From assembly GCA_964532285.1 (NCBI GenBank), contig CAZHHB010000001.1:895-64894 (forward strand): a DNA stretch of 64,000 nt. Direction: 5' to 3'. The position numbers and the translations under genes are program-made. Of this stretch, positions 44,987-54,943 are shown in pieces. The notes below the pieces were generated by a model. That model had not been told where the DNA came from, ran no database searches, and worked only from the letters and a program-made list of their open reading frames with translations. The first letter of the stretch is position 1. The number at the start of each line of letters is the position of its first letter. The stretch is from an uncultured Candidatus Saccharibacteria bacterium (lineage in GTDB: Bacteria; Patescibacteriota; Minisyncoccia; Phycocordibacterales; PALSA-1337).

Positions 44987-45928
44987 TCACGGACTACCAA
45001 TTATAATCTTCGTCCCATCCAAAGTGACCTTGAGGGTCCCTTTTTCTTTTATGTTGAATCTACTATCCTTACCTATTGATTTGAGAGGACCTTCAATGAT
45101 TTTCTTTTTCGGATCAACACTTGAAGATGGTTTGCTTGGTTGTTTGCCGGACTGTTTACTTGGCGTCTGCGAGTAAACCAAGTATTTTGGTTGTAACTTA
45201 CCAATGAATTCACTTGAAATATTTGCTGGTAAAGCACTATGCGACACGATTAGAATATCGGTTTTGCCAAGTTTTGAATCTGTAGAAGTGGCTCCGGCTA
45301 GATATTTCTGAACTTTATTAGAAGCATTACCTGCAAACACGACCGATGTCTTCCCTATTGAAATAGTAAACAGTAATTCGGGCGCACTAGCTTTGGAATA
45401 AGTGAATTGATTAGCCAATACCGGAAAAACCACCTTCAATGAAGTTTTATCATCCAGAGAAATAATTTGACCAGCGACGACTTCATGCTTCGGGATCTTT
45501 TTGCGACTAAGTGAATTGAGAAATGTATCGTATATCTGATCAGTAGGCTCTGCCAATCCCAACGACTGCAAGGTTAATCCCGGAATATAAGCATCACTTA
45601 TGTCGTATCTATCTATAACATCTATAAGTCCAGACACATTCTTCCCTTCTGAGTTTGTGGCGATGATTGTGTCAATTCGTCTGGAATAAAAAGGTAAAAT
45701 CTCGGTCAATTCACGGATAACGCTAGAATTAGCACCACCATCAATAAGTATTCTTCTGTCTTCGGGTGTCCGAATGAACATGGAACGCCCACTTGATAAA
45801 GAAAAGACATATATTTCCAAGACAGGCGGACGGTTTTCTTGCTTCCAAGCATAGACACCCATACCTGTGGCTGTGGTGGCCACCGTTGCAGCTATTATGA
45901 ATGGCTTTGATATAACTTTCATCGTCAT
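44987..45928 (-). CDS. Stand-alone ComEC-type metallo-beta-lactamase domain protein with degenerate metal-binding motifs and an N-terminal TM helix
   Basis: ILIDGGAN, then IIATNSEGKNVSG where HxHxDH is expected. The C-terminal region ILIVSHSALPANISSEFIGKLQPKYLVYS aligns with the ComEC C-terminal region ...VLKVPHHGSKTSSSPEFL..V.PKYAIIS. Start taken at MTMKVISK. Confidence 0.55.
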   Translation of the reverse strand: MTMKVISKPFIIAATVATTATGMGVYAWKQENRPPVLEIYVFSLSSGRSMFIRTPEDRRILIDGGANSSVIRELTEILPFYSRRIDTIIATNSEGKNVSGLIDVIDRYDISDAYIPGLTLQSLGLAEPTDQIYDTFLNSLSRKKIPKHEVVAGQIISLDDKTSLKVVFPVLANQFTYSKASAPELLFTISIGKTSVVFAGNASNKVQKYLAGATSTDSKLGKTDILIVSHSALPANISSEFIGKLQPKYLVYSQTPSKQSGKQPSKPSSSVDPKKKIIEGPLKSIGKDSRFNIKEKGTLKVTLDGTKIIIGSP

Positions 45929-45949
45929 ATCACCATCATACTCACCAAA

Positions 45950-45988
45950 GATAAATTCCTGATAAAAAAGAGATAAATTCCTGATAAA
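45950..45988. repeat. Four direct GATAAA repeats at exact 11-bp phasing (GATAAAttcctGATAAAaaagaGATAAAttcctGATAAA), upstream of the MBL-domain gene
   Basis: GATAAA at 45950, 45961, 45972 and 45983. The same arrangement occurs at 48124-48162. Confidence 0.8.
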
Positions 45989-45995
45989 ATATAAA

Positions 45996-46042
45996 CCCAA
46001 GATCCGATCTTGGTATACCTAGATCCGATCTTGGGGTATAAT
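45996..46042. promoter_or_regulatory. Two CCAAGATCCGATCTTGG-type palindromes immediately followed by TATAAT (46037-46042). This is a putative operator plus promoter for the leaderless SOD-like gene.
   Basis: Palindromes at 45996-46013 and 46018-46034. The -10 ends 8 nt before the ATG at 46051. Confidence 0.5.
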
Positions 46043-46050
46043 TTACCCAT

Positions 46051-46644
46051 ATGCAAACATTCACCACACAAAAATTCAATATTCCAACATTAAAAGGTAT
46101 CTCAGCGAAGAGTGTAGAGGAGCATTTGAAGCTCTACGCTGGCTATGTGAAGAATGCTAACCTTATATTGGAAAAGGTTGCTGAATTGAAACAGGACGCG
46201 GAAAAGAATGCTTATTTACTAGGAGAGATCAACCGTCGCTTCGGTTTCGAATATAACGGTATGCGTAATCACGAAGTCTATTTTCGTTCATTAGAAGGCG
46301 GCGCGAAGTTATTTAATGGAGAAGGTGCCCTAAAAAAACTAATTACTGAAACATGGGGGTCATTCGACGCCTGGCTTGCTGAATTCAAGGCCATTGCCCT
46401 TACTCGCGGTATCGGCTGGGCCATGCTCTATTATGACCGCAAAGATGGTCGCCTATTAAACGCTTGGGTAGATGAACAGCATCTGGGCCAACTTCAGGAT
46501 TGTGCCCTCATACTCGGACTAGATATGTGGGAACATTCTTTTGTACTAGACTACCTCCCTTCCGGCAAGAAGAACTATGTTGAAGATTTCTTTGTTAATT
46601 TGAATTGGGAGGTAACAGAAAAGAACTTGGAAGAAGCGGGGTAA
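46051..46644 (+). CDS. Fe/Mn superoxide dismutase-like protein. The first metal-ligand His is replaced.
   Basis: C-terminal DMWEHSF (D and H ligands) and the NHEVYF His are present. The N-terminal motif reads VEEHLKLYAGY instead of HHxKHHxxY. Confidence 0.6.
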   Translation: MQTFTTQKFNIPTLKGISAKSVEEHLKLYAGYVKNANLILEKVAELKQDAEKNAYLLGEINRRFGFEYNGMRNHEVYFRSLEGGAKLFNGEGALKKLITETWGSFDAWLAEFKAIALTRGIGWAMLYYDRKDGRLLNAWVDEQHLGQLQDCALILGLDMWEHSFVLDYLPSGKKNYVEDFFVNLNWEVTEKNLEEAG

Positions 46645-46672
46645 GATTGAGACTATCTTCAAATAAATAATC

Positions 46673-48103
46673 TCAAAGTTCTTGAGGTATTTTTTGTTTG
46701 AGGCCTACCCTTCGTAGGCCTACCCTCCAATAAACCCCCGCAAACACCACATAAAACCCGACCACCCACCAGATAGAGAAAGCTGGAAGATGTGCAGAGG
46801 CAAATGGTAATCGTGCGAATTTCTCTACCATTAGAAGTTCGTACGAGAGTAGCAGGTGCGAGATCCAAGCCAAAAATTGGGCCAGTGGCAAATAGATCAT
46901 ACCAACTGCGCCTGTCAGGAAAACAAAGAGCATGGTGAGTGGAATGAATGGTAAAACCAAGATGTTCACGACCATGCCGATGATGGAGATCTGCCCCATC
47001 ATGTAGAGGATGTATGGCGAAATAAATATCTGTGTCGCTATGGTTGAAGCCACTATTCCACGCATACCAAATCTCTCTGGGATGAATTTCAAATGCTTCT
47101 CCACTGGACTAGCGAGTAGAATCAAACCCAGTGTAGCCAAAAATGAAAGTTGGAATGATGGATCGTGAAGCAAGATCATTGGATTCTGAATGAGCATAAT
47201 CAAAGCAGCAAAGATCAAAGCGCGAACCACATTGTAATCTCTCCTTATGAGACTGGCAGAAAGAGCGATACCCGCCATGAAGCATGAACGCACGACTGTC
47301 GCGCCTCCGCCAACCAATACTCCAAATAACATTATCCCAGAGCCACCCAAGCCAATACCCCAAACACGCGGTAGAGATGAAAGCATCCTGCGTATAGCGT
47401 CACCGACAATAGTGATGTTATATCCAGACAAAACAATGATGTGTATGAGGCCAACAGTCCTAAAGTCATTCAGTAAATCCTTACCTAAAGCCGCTTTCTC
47501 TCCTACCACAAGTCCTGCCGCCAATGCCGCATGTGGTTCACCAAGTGTCTTTTCCAGATTACCGACGAATTTCCCTTTCAACGAGAACAACCAGGAAGAA
47601 ATTTTTATAGATATCTGACCGATCCGCCCCCCAACATCTTGCGTCGAGTGACTCACGCCAGAACTTTCAATAATATTATCTGAGAGACTTCCCTTAACTA
47701 CCGCGCTTTTCATTTCATAGAAAACATCGTCTTTCGCTAGATATCCACGATAATCAAATTCTCTATCGTCACCGCTACTGAAATTTACTGGTCGAAGTAG
47801 TTTCCCTTTGAAGCTCACATGATCACTGAAATCAAATTCTGGATATAATTTTGTCTTCAAGCGAAGATTGAATCCTCCGTTACACGATTTTGAAGTACTG
47901 GCGACTTGAAGTTCTCCTACTGACACAACAAAAACTTGACCGGATTCCTTGCGTTCGGGTTCATTTGTGATAATACCAACACCCTCCACAATCTCTTTCA
48001 AACAATTACCAGTATTGGGTATGACCATGCCGAAAGACTGCCACAACCGGAATGATGCGGCCGTCACAAATAAGCTCCAGAATATAAAAACACCCCTTTT
48101 CAT
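46673..48103 (-). CDS. comEC: ComEC/Rec2-like DNA internalization channel protein (N-terminal OB/DUF4131 plus competence domain). It lacks the C-terminal MBL domain.
   Basis: 476 aa. Polytopic competence domain with IHIIVLSGYNITIVG (ComEC HxxxSGxH-type region). Ends after the membrane domain. Confidence 0.7.
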   Translation of the reverse strand: MKRGVFIFWSLFVTAASFRLWQSFGMVIPNTGNCLKEIVEGVGIITNEPERKESGQVFVVSVGELQVASTSKSCNGGFNLRLKTKLYPEFDFSDHVSFKGKLLRPVNFSSGDDREFDYRGYLAKDDVFYEMKSAVVKGSLSDNIIESSGVSHSTQDVGGRIGQISIKISSWLFSLKGKFVGNLEKTLGEPHAALAAGLVVGEKAALGKDLLNDFRTVGLIHIIVLSGYNITIVGDAIRRMLSSLPRVWGIGLGGSGIMLFGVLVGGGATVVRSCFMAGIALSASLIRRDYNVVRALIFAALIMLIQNPMILLHDPSFQLSFLATLGLILLASPVEKHLKFIPERFGMRGIVASTIATQIFISPYILYMMGQISIIGMVVNILVLPFIPLTMLFVFLTGAVGMIYLPLAQFLAWISHLLLSYELLMVEKFARLPFASAHLPAFSIWWVVGFYVVFAGVYWRVGLRRVGLKQKIPQEL

Positions 48104-48123
48104 AGGGATATCTTACTCGCACA

Positions 48124-48162
48124 AGATAAATTCTAGATAAAAAAGAGATAAATTCTAGATAA
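48124..48162. repeat. Second copy of the four-fold GATAAA repeat at 11-bp phasing (TTCTA spacers), immediately upstream of the comEC start
   Basis: GATAAA at 48124, 48135, 48146 and 48157. Confidence 0.8.
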
Positions 48163-48883
48163 ACTCTTTCTTAATCGCTTCCTCATCCTCCCTACTTACC
48201 GCCTTTTTATATCTCGCACCTTTCGTCCCCTTCACGCGTCTCTCACAATCAGGCCAAGAATGATGGATCTGAATCACGCCGCCTACAGAACTCACATATG
48301 AATATGCTTTCGCTCTAGAATGAGATGACGAAGATTTCTTCGTAGCTTCTTTTTCCTCATCTACAGATATATTCATAATATTTGGCAAACTATAGTCAAC
48401 AAGCAACCCTTCATATAACTTCACATCACCACCATCGGCGAAAGCCGTAGCTATCTCATCACACCTCTCGTTACCGATAATCCCCGCATGACCACTGATC
48501 CTCTTCCAGACAATCTTGCGGCCTTCTGTGGCATCCATCAACTCTAACCACAAGTCCTTGTTTAACACATCTTCTTTGGCTTTTGTGATCCAACCATTGC
48601 GTTTCCAACCATGCACCCACTTCGTAATACCGTTTATAACATAGGCAGAATCAGTGAAAACTGTTATTTCCTGATCTTCGACAGAACCATTTACAGATTC
48701 CAAAGAGTTAAATGCCTGCACAACAGCCGTTAGTTCCATTCTATTATTGGTAGTATTTTTCTCACCGCCACCCAACTCCGTCACGCTGATTCCGTTTACA
48801 TTCATACCGTCCAAGATAATTGTCCCCCAACCACCAGGACCAGGATTGCCTCTAGAAGAACCGTCTGTAAATATTGTAATCAC
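48155..48883 (-). CDS. rnhA: Ribonuclease HI with a C-terminal hybrid-binding-domain (HBD)-like module
   Basis: N-terminal RNase H: IFTDGSSRGNPGPGGWG...TNNRMEL...DSAYV. C-terminal KAYSYVSSVGGVIQIHHSWPDCERRVKGTKGARYKKAVSREDEEAIKKEF matches the HBD consensus (xYAVxxGxxxGIYxxWxEC...VxGxxGAxYKKF). Confidence 0.75.
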   Translation of the reverse strand: MITIFTDGSSRGNPGPGGWGTIILDGMNVNGISVTELGGGEKNTTNNRMELTAVVQAFNSLESVNGSVEDQEITVFTDSAYVINGITKWVHGWKRNGWITKAKEDVLNKDLWLELMDATEGRKIVWKRISGHAGIIGNERCDEIATAFADGGDVKLYEGLLVDYSLPNIMNISVDEEKEATKKSSSSHSRAKAYSYVSSVGGVIQIHHSWPDCERRVKGTKGARYKKAVSREDEEAIKKEFI

Positions 48884-48930
48884 GCTATTTGATATTAAAC
48901 TGATATTAAATTGCTATTATATTTATTGTC

Positions 48931-50676
48931 CTAAGAATATACCACATCCTCTATCCTCAGTCGTAATTCGGCTCTACCACGATACATGGATTTTTCCAGA
49001 GATGCGATGAGATCTATAGGTTTGCCTGCCCGAATCTCTTTTGCCCACTTACTAGATTCGCCGAAAAATGAAATTGCCGAAACCTTATCTCCATTTGATT
49101 TATTGAATATCAGCTCCACATGATTATTGGTTTTACCGAATTTCCTAAATGTCTTTGGAATAATTTGCTTAAAGAGAAATATTGGCTTCGGATTGCCCGT
49201 ACCGAATGGCGCCAATTTATTTATCTCTTCATGAAGACGGCCGCTAATAGCATCTATTGTAAGCTCTGAATCAATAAAATCCTCCACCTTGTCCGAGGTC
49301 GGCTTGCCCTCTGTGTTATTGGTAGACAAGAGGCTCTGAATAGATTCACAAGCTTTATTCAATGACTCTTCCAAAAAGTGAATCTTCTCATTTGAAACCG
49401 CAAAACCACCTGAGTGATGATGGCCACCAAATTGAATCAATCCTCCGACTGGTAAAGCCCGCATCAATTCGACAACATTGGACTCACCCTCCGACCTACA
49501 AGATCCTTTGATTATATTATCGCCATCCCTACCCCACAGAAAAACTGGACGATCAAATTCCTCGGCACACGAGTTTGCCGCCAACCCAAGTAGTGATGGC
49601 CTCCAATCAGGATTGCCTAGAACCAAAACGGATGGCATGGAAGACCCGTATCTATCATGAACTTTTCTCTTTACCTCTTTTACCAAAGAGGCTACGACCC
49701 CCTTTCTCTCATCATTTATCTTATTTAAGTGTTCGGCTGAAGTGTACGCATCATTATCATTGTCCGCCGCAAGGAGATCAAAAGCATCCCTAGGAACACC
49801 CATACGCGAAGCGGCATTGATCCTAGGTGTAATCATGAAAGCGATATCATCTTCGGTTAGGAATTTCTGATTGATTTTCAATTTACGGAGAAGTTGGACC
49901 AACCCTTTACGCGGACTTTTGCGCAAAACCGCTAGACCATAGTGAGCAAAGACGCGATTCTCCCCGACCAAAGGCACCATGTCTGACATCGTAGCGATGC
50001 CCACCAAATCAAGTAGCCACTTTTCCATACCTTCTTTGAGACCGAAACGATCCTTTTTTAATATAGCCTGAACAAGTTTGTACGCCACACCAGAACCACA
50101 GAGATTCTTGTCGGGATATTTACAATCAACTTGTTTATGATCAATGATAGCAAAAGCTGGAGGCAACTCTGGTGGTGGTTCGTGGTGATCTGTCACAATA
50201 ACATCCATACCCATCTTTTTGGCATGAGCTATAGGGCCAACATCTGTAATACCGCAATCCAAAGTGATCAAAAGTTTCACCCCTTCCCCTACTAGTTGAA
50301 TCACCGCTTCTTCATTCACACCGAACCCCTCATCGTGTCTGTGTGGAATATATACGGAATAATTTGCGAAACCAATCCTCTTGAAGAAATCACTAAACAT
50401 CGCAGCTCCAGGGATACCGTCTGCATCATAGTCAGCATAGATAGCGATCCTCTCATTATTTTTTATTGATTGAATGATACGGTCAGCGGATTTTTCTGCG
50501 TCTTTCAAGAGAAATGGATCATGTATGTCGCGATCATAGTCTGGGGAGATGAATCCTTGGGCAGACTTTTCACTATCAAAACCGCGATGGAACAAGAGGT
50601 GCGCGGTCAGATCTGGGAGTGAATTCAGATTCAAACGTTCTTTATGAGTCAATGCTCGGCGGATATTATAAGACAT
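48931..50676 (-). CDS. recJ: Single-stranded-DNA-specific exonuclease RecJ
   Basis: DHH motifs ([28 protein letters not shown]), a DHHA1 domain and a C-terminal OB-like region. Confidence 0.85.
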   Translation of the reverse strand: MSYNIRRALTHKERLNLNSLPDLTAHLLFHRGFDSEKSAQGFISPDYDRDIHDPFLLKDAEKSADRIIQSIKNNERIAIYADYDADGIPGAAMFSDFFKRIGFANYSVYIPHRHDEGFGVNEEAVIQLVGEGVKLLITLDCGITDVGPIAHAKKMGMDVIVTDHHEPPPELPPAFAIIDHKQVDCKYPDKNLCGSGVAYKLVQAILKKDRFGLKEGMEKWLLDLVGIATMSDMVPLVGENRVFAHYGLAVLRKSPRKGLVQLLRKLKINQKFLTEDDIAFMITPRINAASRMGVPRDAFDLLAADNDNDAYTSAEHLNKINDERKGVVASLVKEVKRKVHDRYGSSMPSVLVLGNPDWRPSLLGLAANSCAEEFDRPVFLWGRDGDNIIKGSCRSEGESNVVELMRALPVGGLIQFGGHHHSGGFAVSNEKIHFLEESLNKACESIQSLLSTNNTEGKPTSDKVEDFIDSELTIDAISGRLHEEINKLAPFGTGNPKPIFLFKQIIPKTFRKFGKTNNHVELIFNKSNGDKVSAISFFGESSKWAKEIRAGKPIDLIASLEKSMYRGRAELRLRIEDVVYS

Positions 50677-50739
50677 GGGTGGAGTATAACATGCGTCTCG
50701 AGGCTAGGCCTCGGAGGCCTCACCTTGTATAATACCCCC

Positions 50740-51099
50740 ATGCCCGACTGTATCTTCTGCAAAATAATTAAAAAAGAAATCCCTACACACATCGTCTACG
50801 AAGATGACGATTTTCTCGCATTCTTAGATATTCACCCCCAATCACCAGGACACACACAGGTCATACCAAAGAAACATTATCGCTGGGTCTGGGATGTTCC
50901 TAATACTGGCAAATATTTTGAAGTTGTTACCAAGATCGCTCGCGCACAACAAAAAGCCTTTAATACCGATTGGGTTTTGAGTAAAATAGTTGGCGATGAA
51001 GTTACTCACGCACATATTTGGGTGTTCCCAAACAGAGAGATAGTGGGTGACAAAAATAACTTTGAAGAAAACGTCAAGAAGATTACTGAAAAATTGTAG
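50740..51099 (+). CDS. HIT family (histidine triad) nucleotide hydrolase
   Basis: CIFCKII...HxHxW-type triad THAHIWVFP. Start trimmed to MPDCIFC. Confidence 0.75.
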   Translation: MPDCIFCKIIKKEIPTHIVYEDDDFLAFLDIHPQSPGHTQVIPKKHYRWVWDVPNTGKYFEVVTKIARAQQKAFNTDWVLSKIVGDEVTHAHIWVFPNREIVGDKNNFEENVKKITEKL

Positions 51100-51199
51100 A
51101 TCTAAGATAAGGAGTATTCATATCTTACTTGTGTTGAAATAAAAAAGCGCAGTATTATCTGCGCTGTGTTCGAACAAATCTTATGTGAGTCTTGGATAA

Positions 51200-51556
51200 C
51201 TATTGAGACGAGCCCCTACTGAGCACCTTCACATCCACCTCAAAACTGGTGAGGCGGCTACGCATGTGTTCCCCAAAAGCCACGCAGACATACTTAATCT
51301 TGCAAGCTTTCTTGAGTGCAGAACGCACACACCTTGTTGTGTGACCGTTTACCCCATTGTCAACAATGTGTCCCCTGGACCAATGTGTGAGGAGAGTTCT
51401 GTTTTCAACCTCAATCTTATCTTCTGCGTTTATCTTGACCTGATCGGAAACGGGAATCCTGAGCTTATCAAGTCTTTTCCTCTCCTTGATGGCGAGCTCC
51501 AAGTCCTTTATGGCCCTCTGAATATCCGCAGGGACCTTTGATCCATTCTTACTCAT
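51200..51556 (-). CDS. Hypothetical Cys/His-containing protein (possible Zn-binding), GC-richer than its neighbours
   Basis: 118-aa ORF. It contains a THWSRGH...CVRS...CKIKYVC pattern. No confident family. Confidence 0.3.
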   Translation of the reverse strand: MSKNGSKVPADIQRAIKDLELAIKERKRLDKLRIPVSDQVKINAEDKIEVENRTLLTHWSRGHIVDNGVNGHTTRCVRSALKKACKIKYVCVAFGEHMRSRLTSFEVDVKVLSRGSSQ

Positions 51557-51691
51557 AAACTGAATCCTCCGTGGTTAAGGTTGCATTATTTACTACCTGC
51601 AGAAAGCATATATGTAATCCCATTGAAAATCAACAGGACCAACTTTACTTGTCCTCCGTAGCTTTAGCGAAGGAGGATAACTTTCAACTTT

Positions 51692-52813
51692 CTACTTAAG
51701 TGCTTCAATCCCCGGCAAACTACCATTTGCTAGGAAATCTAACATCGCCCCTCCGCCAGTAGAAATAAAAGTAAATTTGTCACCAATACCTAGAGTATCG
51801 ATGGCCGCCAAGGTATCTCCTCCACCCACAACCGTCTCCACGCCACGACCAGTTGCTTCGCTTACCATCTTTGCGAGATTCAATGTCGCACCCTTATAAC
51901 CATCTTCATATACACCCAAAGGACCATTCCATAGAATAAACGACGCTTTACTTATCTCCTCATGCAAGATTTCTTCTGTTTTCGGACCAGAATCCATGAT
52001 CTTATCTGTCTTCAAGACCCCATTTGCAGACCTCACCTCATTTGATTCATTCAAGATATCAATAGGTATGATGATCTTGGGATTGTTAACTAGCCCATCC
52101 AGACCTATATCTCCTTTTGACAAGAGAGATCTCCCGACTTCATAACCCTTCTTTTTGAAGAAATCATTTGCCAAGGCACCACCGATGAAAATCTTATCTG
52201 CGGAATTTATAAATTTATGAACAAGCGGCATCTTCGTTTCAAATTTCGCCCCACCTAACATAAACAGGAATGGGTGTTTGGGATTGAATGATTTGGAAAG
52301 ATGTTCAACTTCACTTTCGAGCCGTAATCCTGCATAACTTGGTAATAATTTCGGCAGGCCCACAACTGAAGCATGCTTGCGGTGACAGACCGGAAACGCA
52401 TCATTGACATAAATATCTGCCATGGAAGCTAGTCCTTTTGCAAAATTTGCATCATTTGTCTTCTCACCCTCATTGAAGCGCAGGTTTTCCAAAAGAACAC
52501 AGTCACCATCTTTCACGTGTGCTTCAATAAATTCGTGAGCTCCACGCATACTCTGTATAAACAATACCGGCACACCGAGAGTGTTCAAGTTTTCAGCGAC
52601 AGGCTTTAAAGATCCATTACCTCCATCAATAGACTCCAAATGACTCATCAATATAATTTTGGCACCCTTGCTACGCAAATATTCTATAGTAGGCAAAGTC
52701 GCTCTGATACGGAAATCATCAACGACCTTGCCATTTATCACAGATACATTGAAATCAGCGCGTACCAGCACCTTTACTCCCTCTAGAAATTCAATATCTT
52801 TAATAGTCTTCAT
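51692..52813 (-). CDS. pgk: Phosphoglycerate kinase
   Basis: 373 aa. VRADFNV...GGGA motifs. Confidence 0.92.
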   Translation of the reverse strand: MKTIKDIEFLEGVKVLVRADFNVSVINGKVVDDFRIRATLPTIEYLRSKGAKIILMSHLESIDGGNGSLKPVAENLNTLGVPVLFIQSMRGAHEFIEAHVKDGDCVLLENLRFNEGEKTNDANFAKGLASMADIYVNDAFPVCHRKHASVVGLPKLLPSYAGLRLESEVEHLSKSFNPKHPFLFMLGGAKFETKMPLVHKFINSADKIFIGGALANDFFKKKGYEVGRSLLSKGDIGLDGLVNNPKIIIPIDILNESNEVRSANGVLKTDKIMDSGPKTEEILHEEISKASFILWNGPLGVYEDGYKGATLNLAKMVSEATGRGVETVVGGGDTLAAIDTLGIGDKFTFISTGGGAMLDFLANGSLPGIEALK

Positions 52814-52839
52814 GCCGGATTAGATGGTTATGTATTATT

Positions 52840-53610
52840 TTATTGCGAGACAAGATCAACTGCTTTCAAAAGCTCGACAAAACCTGGAATATTGATACTC
52901 TCACGTCCCACCAGAAGTCCATCTACCTGTCCGGTCTTGATAATATCCGAAGCGTTACGGAAATTCACCGAACCGCCATACAAGACCATGATCTTCATCG
53001 CTGATTCTGGACTATATACATCAGCGAATACTTTCTTAACAAACAATGACATCTCATATATCTGCTCTGGATTCATAGCTTCTTTTGCACCAATAGCCCA
53101 AACTGGTTCATAAGCCAGTATGATCTCCTTCGAATACTTTTTCGGAACGAGAGCGAAGGTGTTCTTTATCTGTTCTTTCAAGAAATCGAAATGTGAACCA
53201 TTTTCATTGTCACGAGTATTTTCCCCGACACAGACAATCGCCCTGAGTCCAGCCTCCAAAACAGCCTTTACCCTCTTTGAAACATCCGAGTCTGTATCGC
53301 CCGCCCTCCTCTCTTCAGAGTGACCGACTATCACATAATCTACACCTGTATTCTTCAACATTGTAGCCCCCACTTCTCCGGTATGAGGGCCCTCGTCCTC
53401 GAAAGAAGATGACTGAGCGCCTATGTAGAAATTCTTGACCTGTTTTCTCGGAACACAAACACTAATAAAAGGATGTGGCGGACAAATAACAACCTCCGTG
53501 TGTGCCAATTTTGAAGCCACGACACGAGTCTTTAGTGCGATGCGTTTGGCTTCTTCTGTCGTATTCGGATTCATCTTCCAGTTACCGACGATAAGTCTAG
53601 TGTTTGTCAT
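52840..53610 (-). CDS. tpiA: Triosephosphate isomerase
   Basis: IVGNWKMN, GHSERR, YGGS. Confidence 0.92.
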   Translation of the reverse strand: MTNTRLIVGNWKMNPNTTEEAKRIALKTRVVASKLAHTEVVICPPHPFISVCVPRKQVKNFYIGAQSSSFEDEGPHTGEVGATMLKNTGVDYVIVGHSEERRAGDTDSDVSKRVKAVLEAGLRAIVCVGENTRDNENGSHFDFLKEQIKNTFALVPKKYSKEIILAYEPVWAIGAKEAMNPEQIYEMSLFVKKVFADVYSPESAMKIMVLYGGSVNFRNASDIIKTGQVDGLLVGRESINIPGFVELLKAVDLVSQ

Positions 53611-53678
53611 AGAGAGTATTGTACCCTAAAAGAGACCTTTTTCCGAGACCAGAAAAGGCTTTGTATCGTATCAGAATA

Positions 53679-54899
53679 CTAGATTGCATTTACCAATGAA
53701 TACATAGGGGATATCATGGAAATAGCAAAGAAGCCTACAGCGGCACCAATAATGATCATCAGGAATGGCTCTATGACAGTAGACATATCTTTTGTTCTTT
53801 GCTCCACATCATCTTCATAATATCGTGCAACCCCCAAAAGCATCTCTCCTGTTTTCCCGGTCTCTTCACCAACACTCATCATCTCTGCGAAAAATACAGG
53901 GTATAATTTGCCGTATTCCGCAAAGACTTTCGACACCAGATCACCCTTTTTTATAGATTCCGCGGCTTTCTCCAGAACTGCTCTGAAATGAACATTCTGC
54001 ACGACAGTACCAGTGATCGTCACCGCTTCAACAACACCAACCCCAGAACCTAGAAGAGAGGCGAGGGTACGCGCCGTTCGAGCAGTATTGACCTCTTGCA
54101 ACAAAGTGCCGACGACTGGAATTTTCAAGACCAAACTGTGAACGAACCTCTTGCCTGCCGGCTTTCGCGATAACCACCAGAAAATACCAAATAATATCAT
54201 CAGGCCCAGAACCAAAAGCAATCCATAATGTTGAACCAAATTGCTAGTCTCCAAGACTACGCGTGTGGTAAAAGGCAATTTTACATTCAATTCCGTGAAT
54301 GTTTTGAGTAGTGTCGGAATGACAAAAATAAACATTAGGACTGCAATCAGGATCATAGCTCCCACAATAACAGACGGATACATCATGGCTCCACGAACAC
54401 GCCTCTCCAGTGAATGAGCGCTATCTAACTGAGTAGCTACGACCTTCAGTGACTCAGCCAATGTCCCGGATTGTTCACCGGCATGAACCATGGCAATGAA
54501 TACTGGTGGAAATGTTTTGCCATGTTTAGCCAAAGAATCTCCAAACGTAGAACCCTTGCTGATATCCGTAATGAGTCCAGAGAGAATCTTCTTGAAAGAC
54601 TTGTTCTTTGTCTGGCGTTCCAAGACCGACAACGCTCTAGACAGAGCCAATCCCGCTTCCAACATTGAACCCAAATTTCTGGCAAAGTTTATCTTTTCTA
54701 TGGTCTTTATTTTTTTAGATAAAAAATTGAATGAAATGTTCAAATGAAACCCCTTACCAGACTTTTTCTCTTGTACAGAAATCAGCTCATCTCCGCCTTC
54801 GCGGATTATTCTATACAATTCGTAACGATCGTCTACATCCTTCTGATCAGAATATATTTCACCTGAAGGCTTTTTTGCTTTGAAAATAAAGTGTGACAT
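53679..54899 (-). CDS. pilC: Type IV pilus / T2SS inner-membrane platform protein PilC/GspF
   Basis: 406 aa. Two GspF repeats. Confidence 0.85.
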   Translation of the reverse strand: MSHFIFKAKKPSGEIYSDQKDVDDRYELYRIIREGGDELISVQEKKSGKGFHLNISFNFLSKKIKTIEKINFARNLGSMLEAGLALSRALSVLERQTKNKSFKKILSGLITDISKGSTFGDSLAKHGKTFPPVFIAMVHAGEQSGTLAESLKVVATQLDSAHSLERRVRGAMMYPSVIVGAMILIAVLMFIFVIPTLLKTFTELNVKLPFTTRVVLETSNLVQHYGLLLVLGLMILFGIFWWLSRKPAGKRFVHSLVLKIPVVGTLLQEVNTARTARTLASLLGSGVGVVEAVTITGTVVQNVHFRAVLEKAAESIKKGDLVSKVFAEYGKLYPVFFAEMMSVGEETGKTGEMLLGVARYYEDDVEQRTKDMSTVIEPFLMIIIGAAVGFFAISMISPMYSLVNAI

Positions 54900-54943
54900 G
54901 TTTCAATATTAAATCTCAAAAGTTAAACCGGGGAAACAATGAT

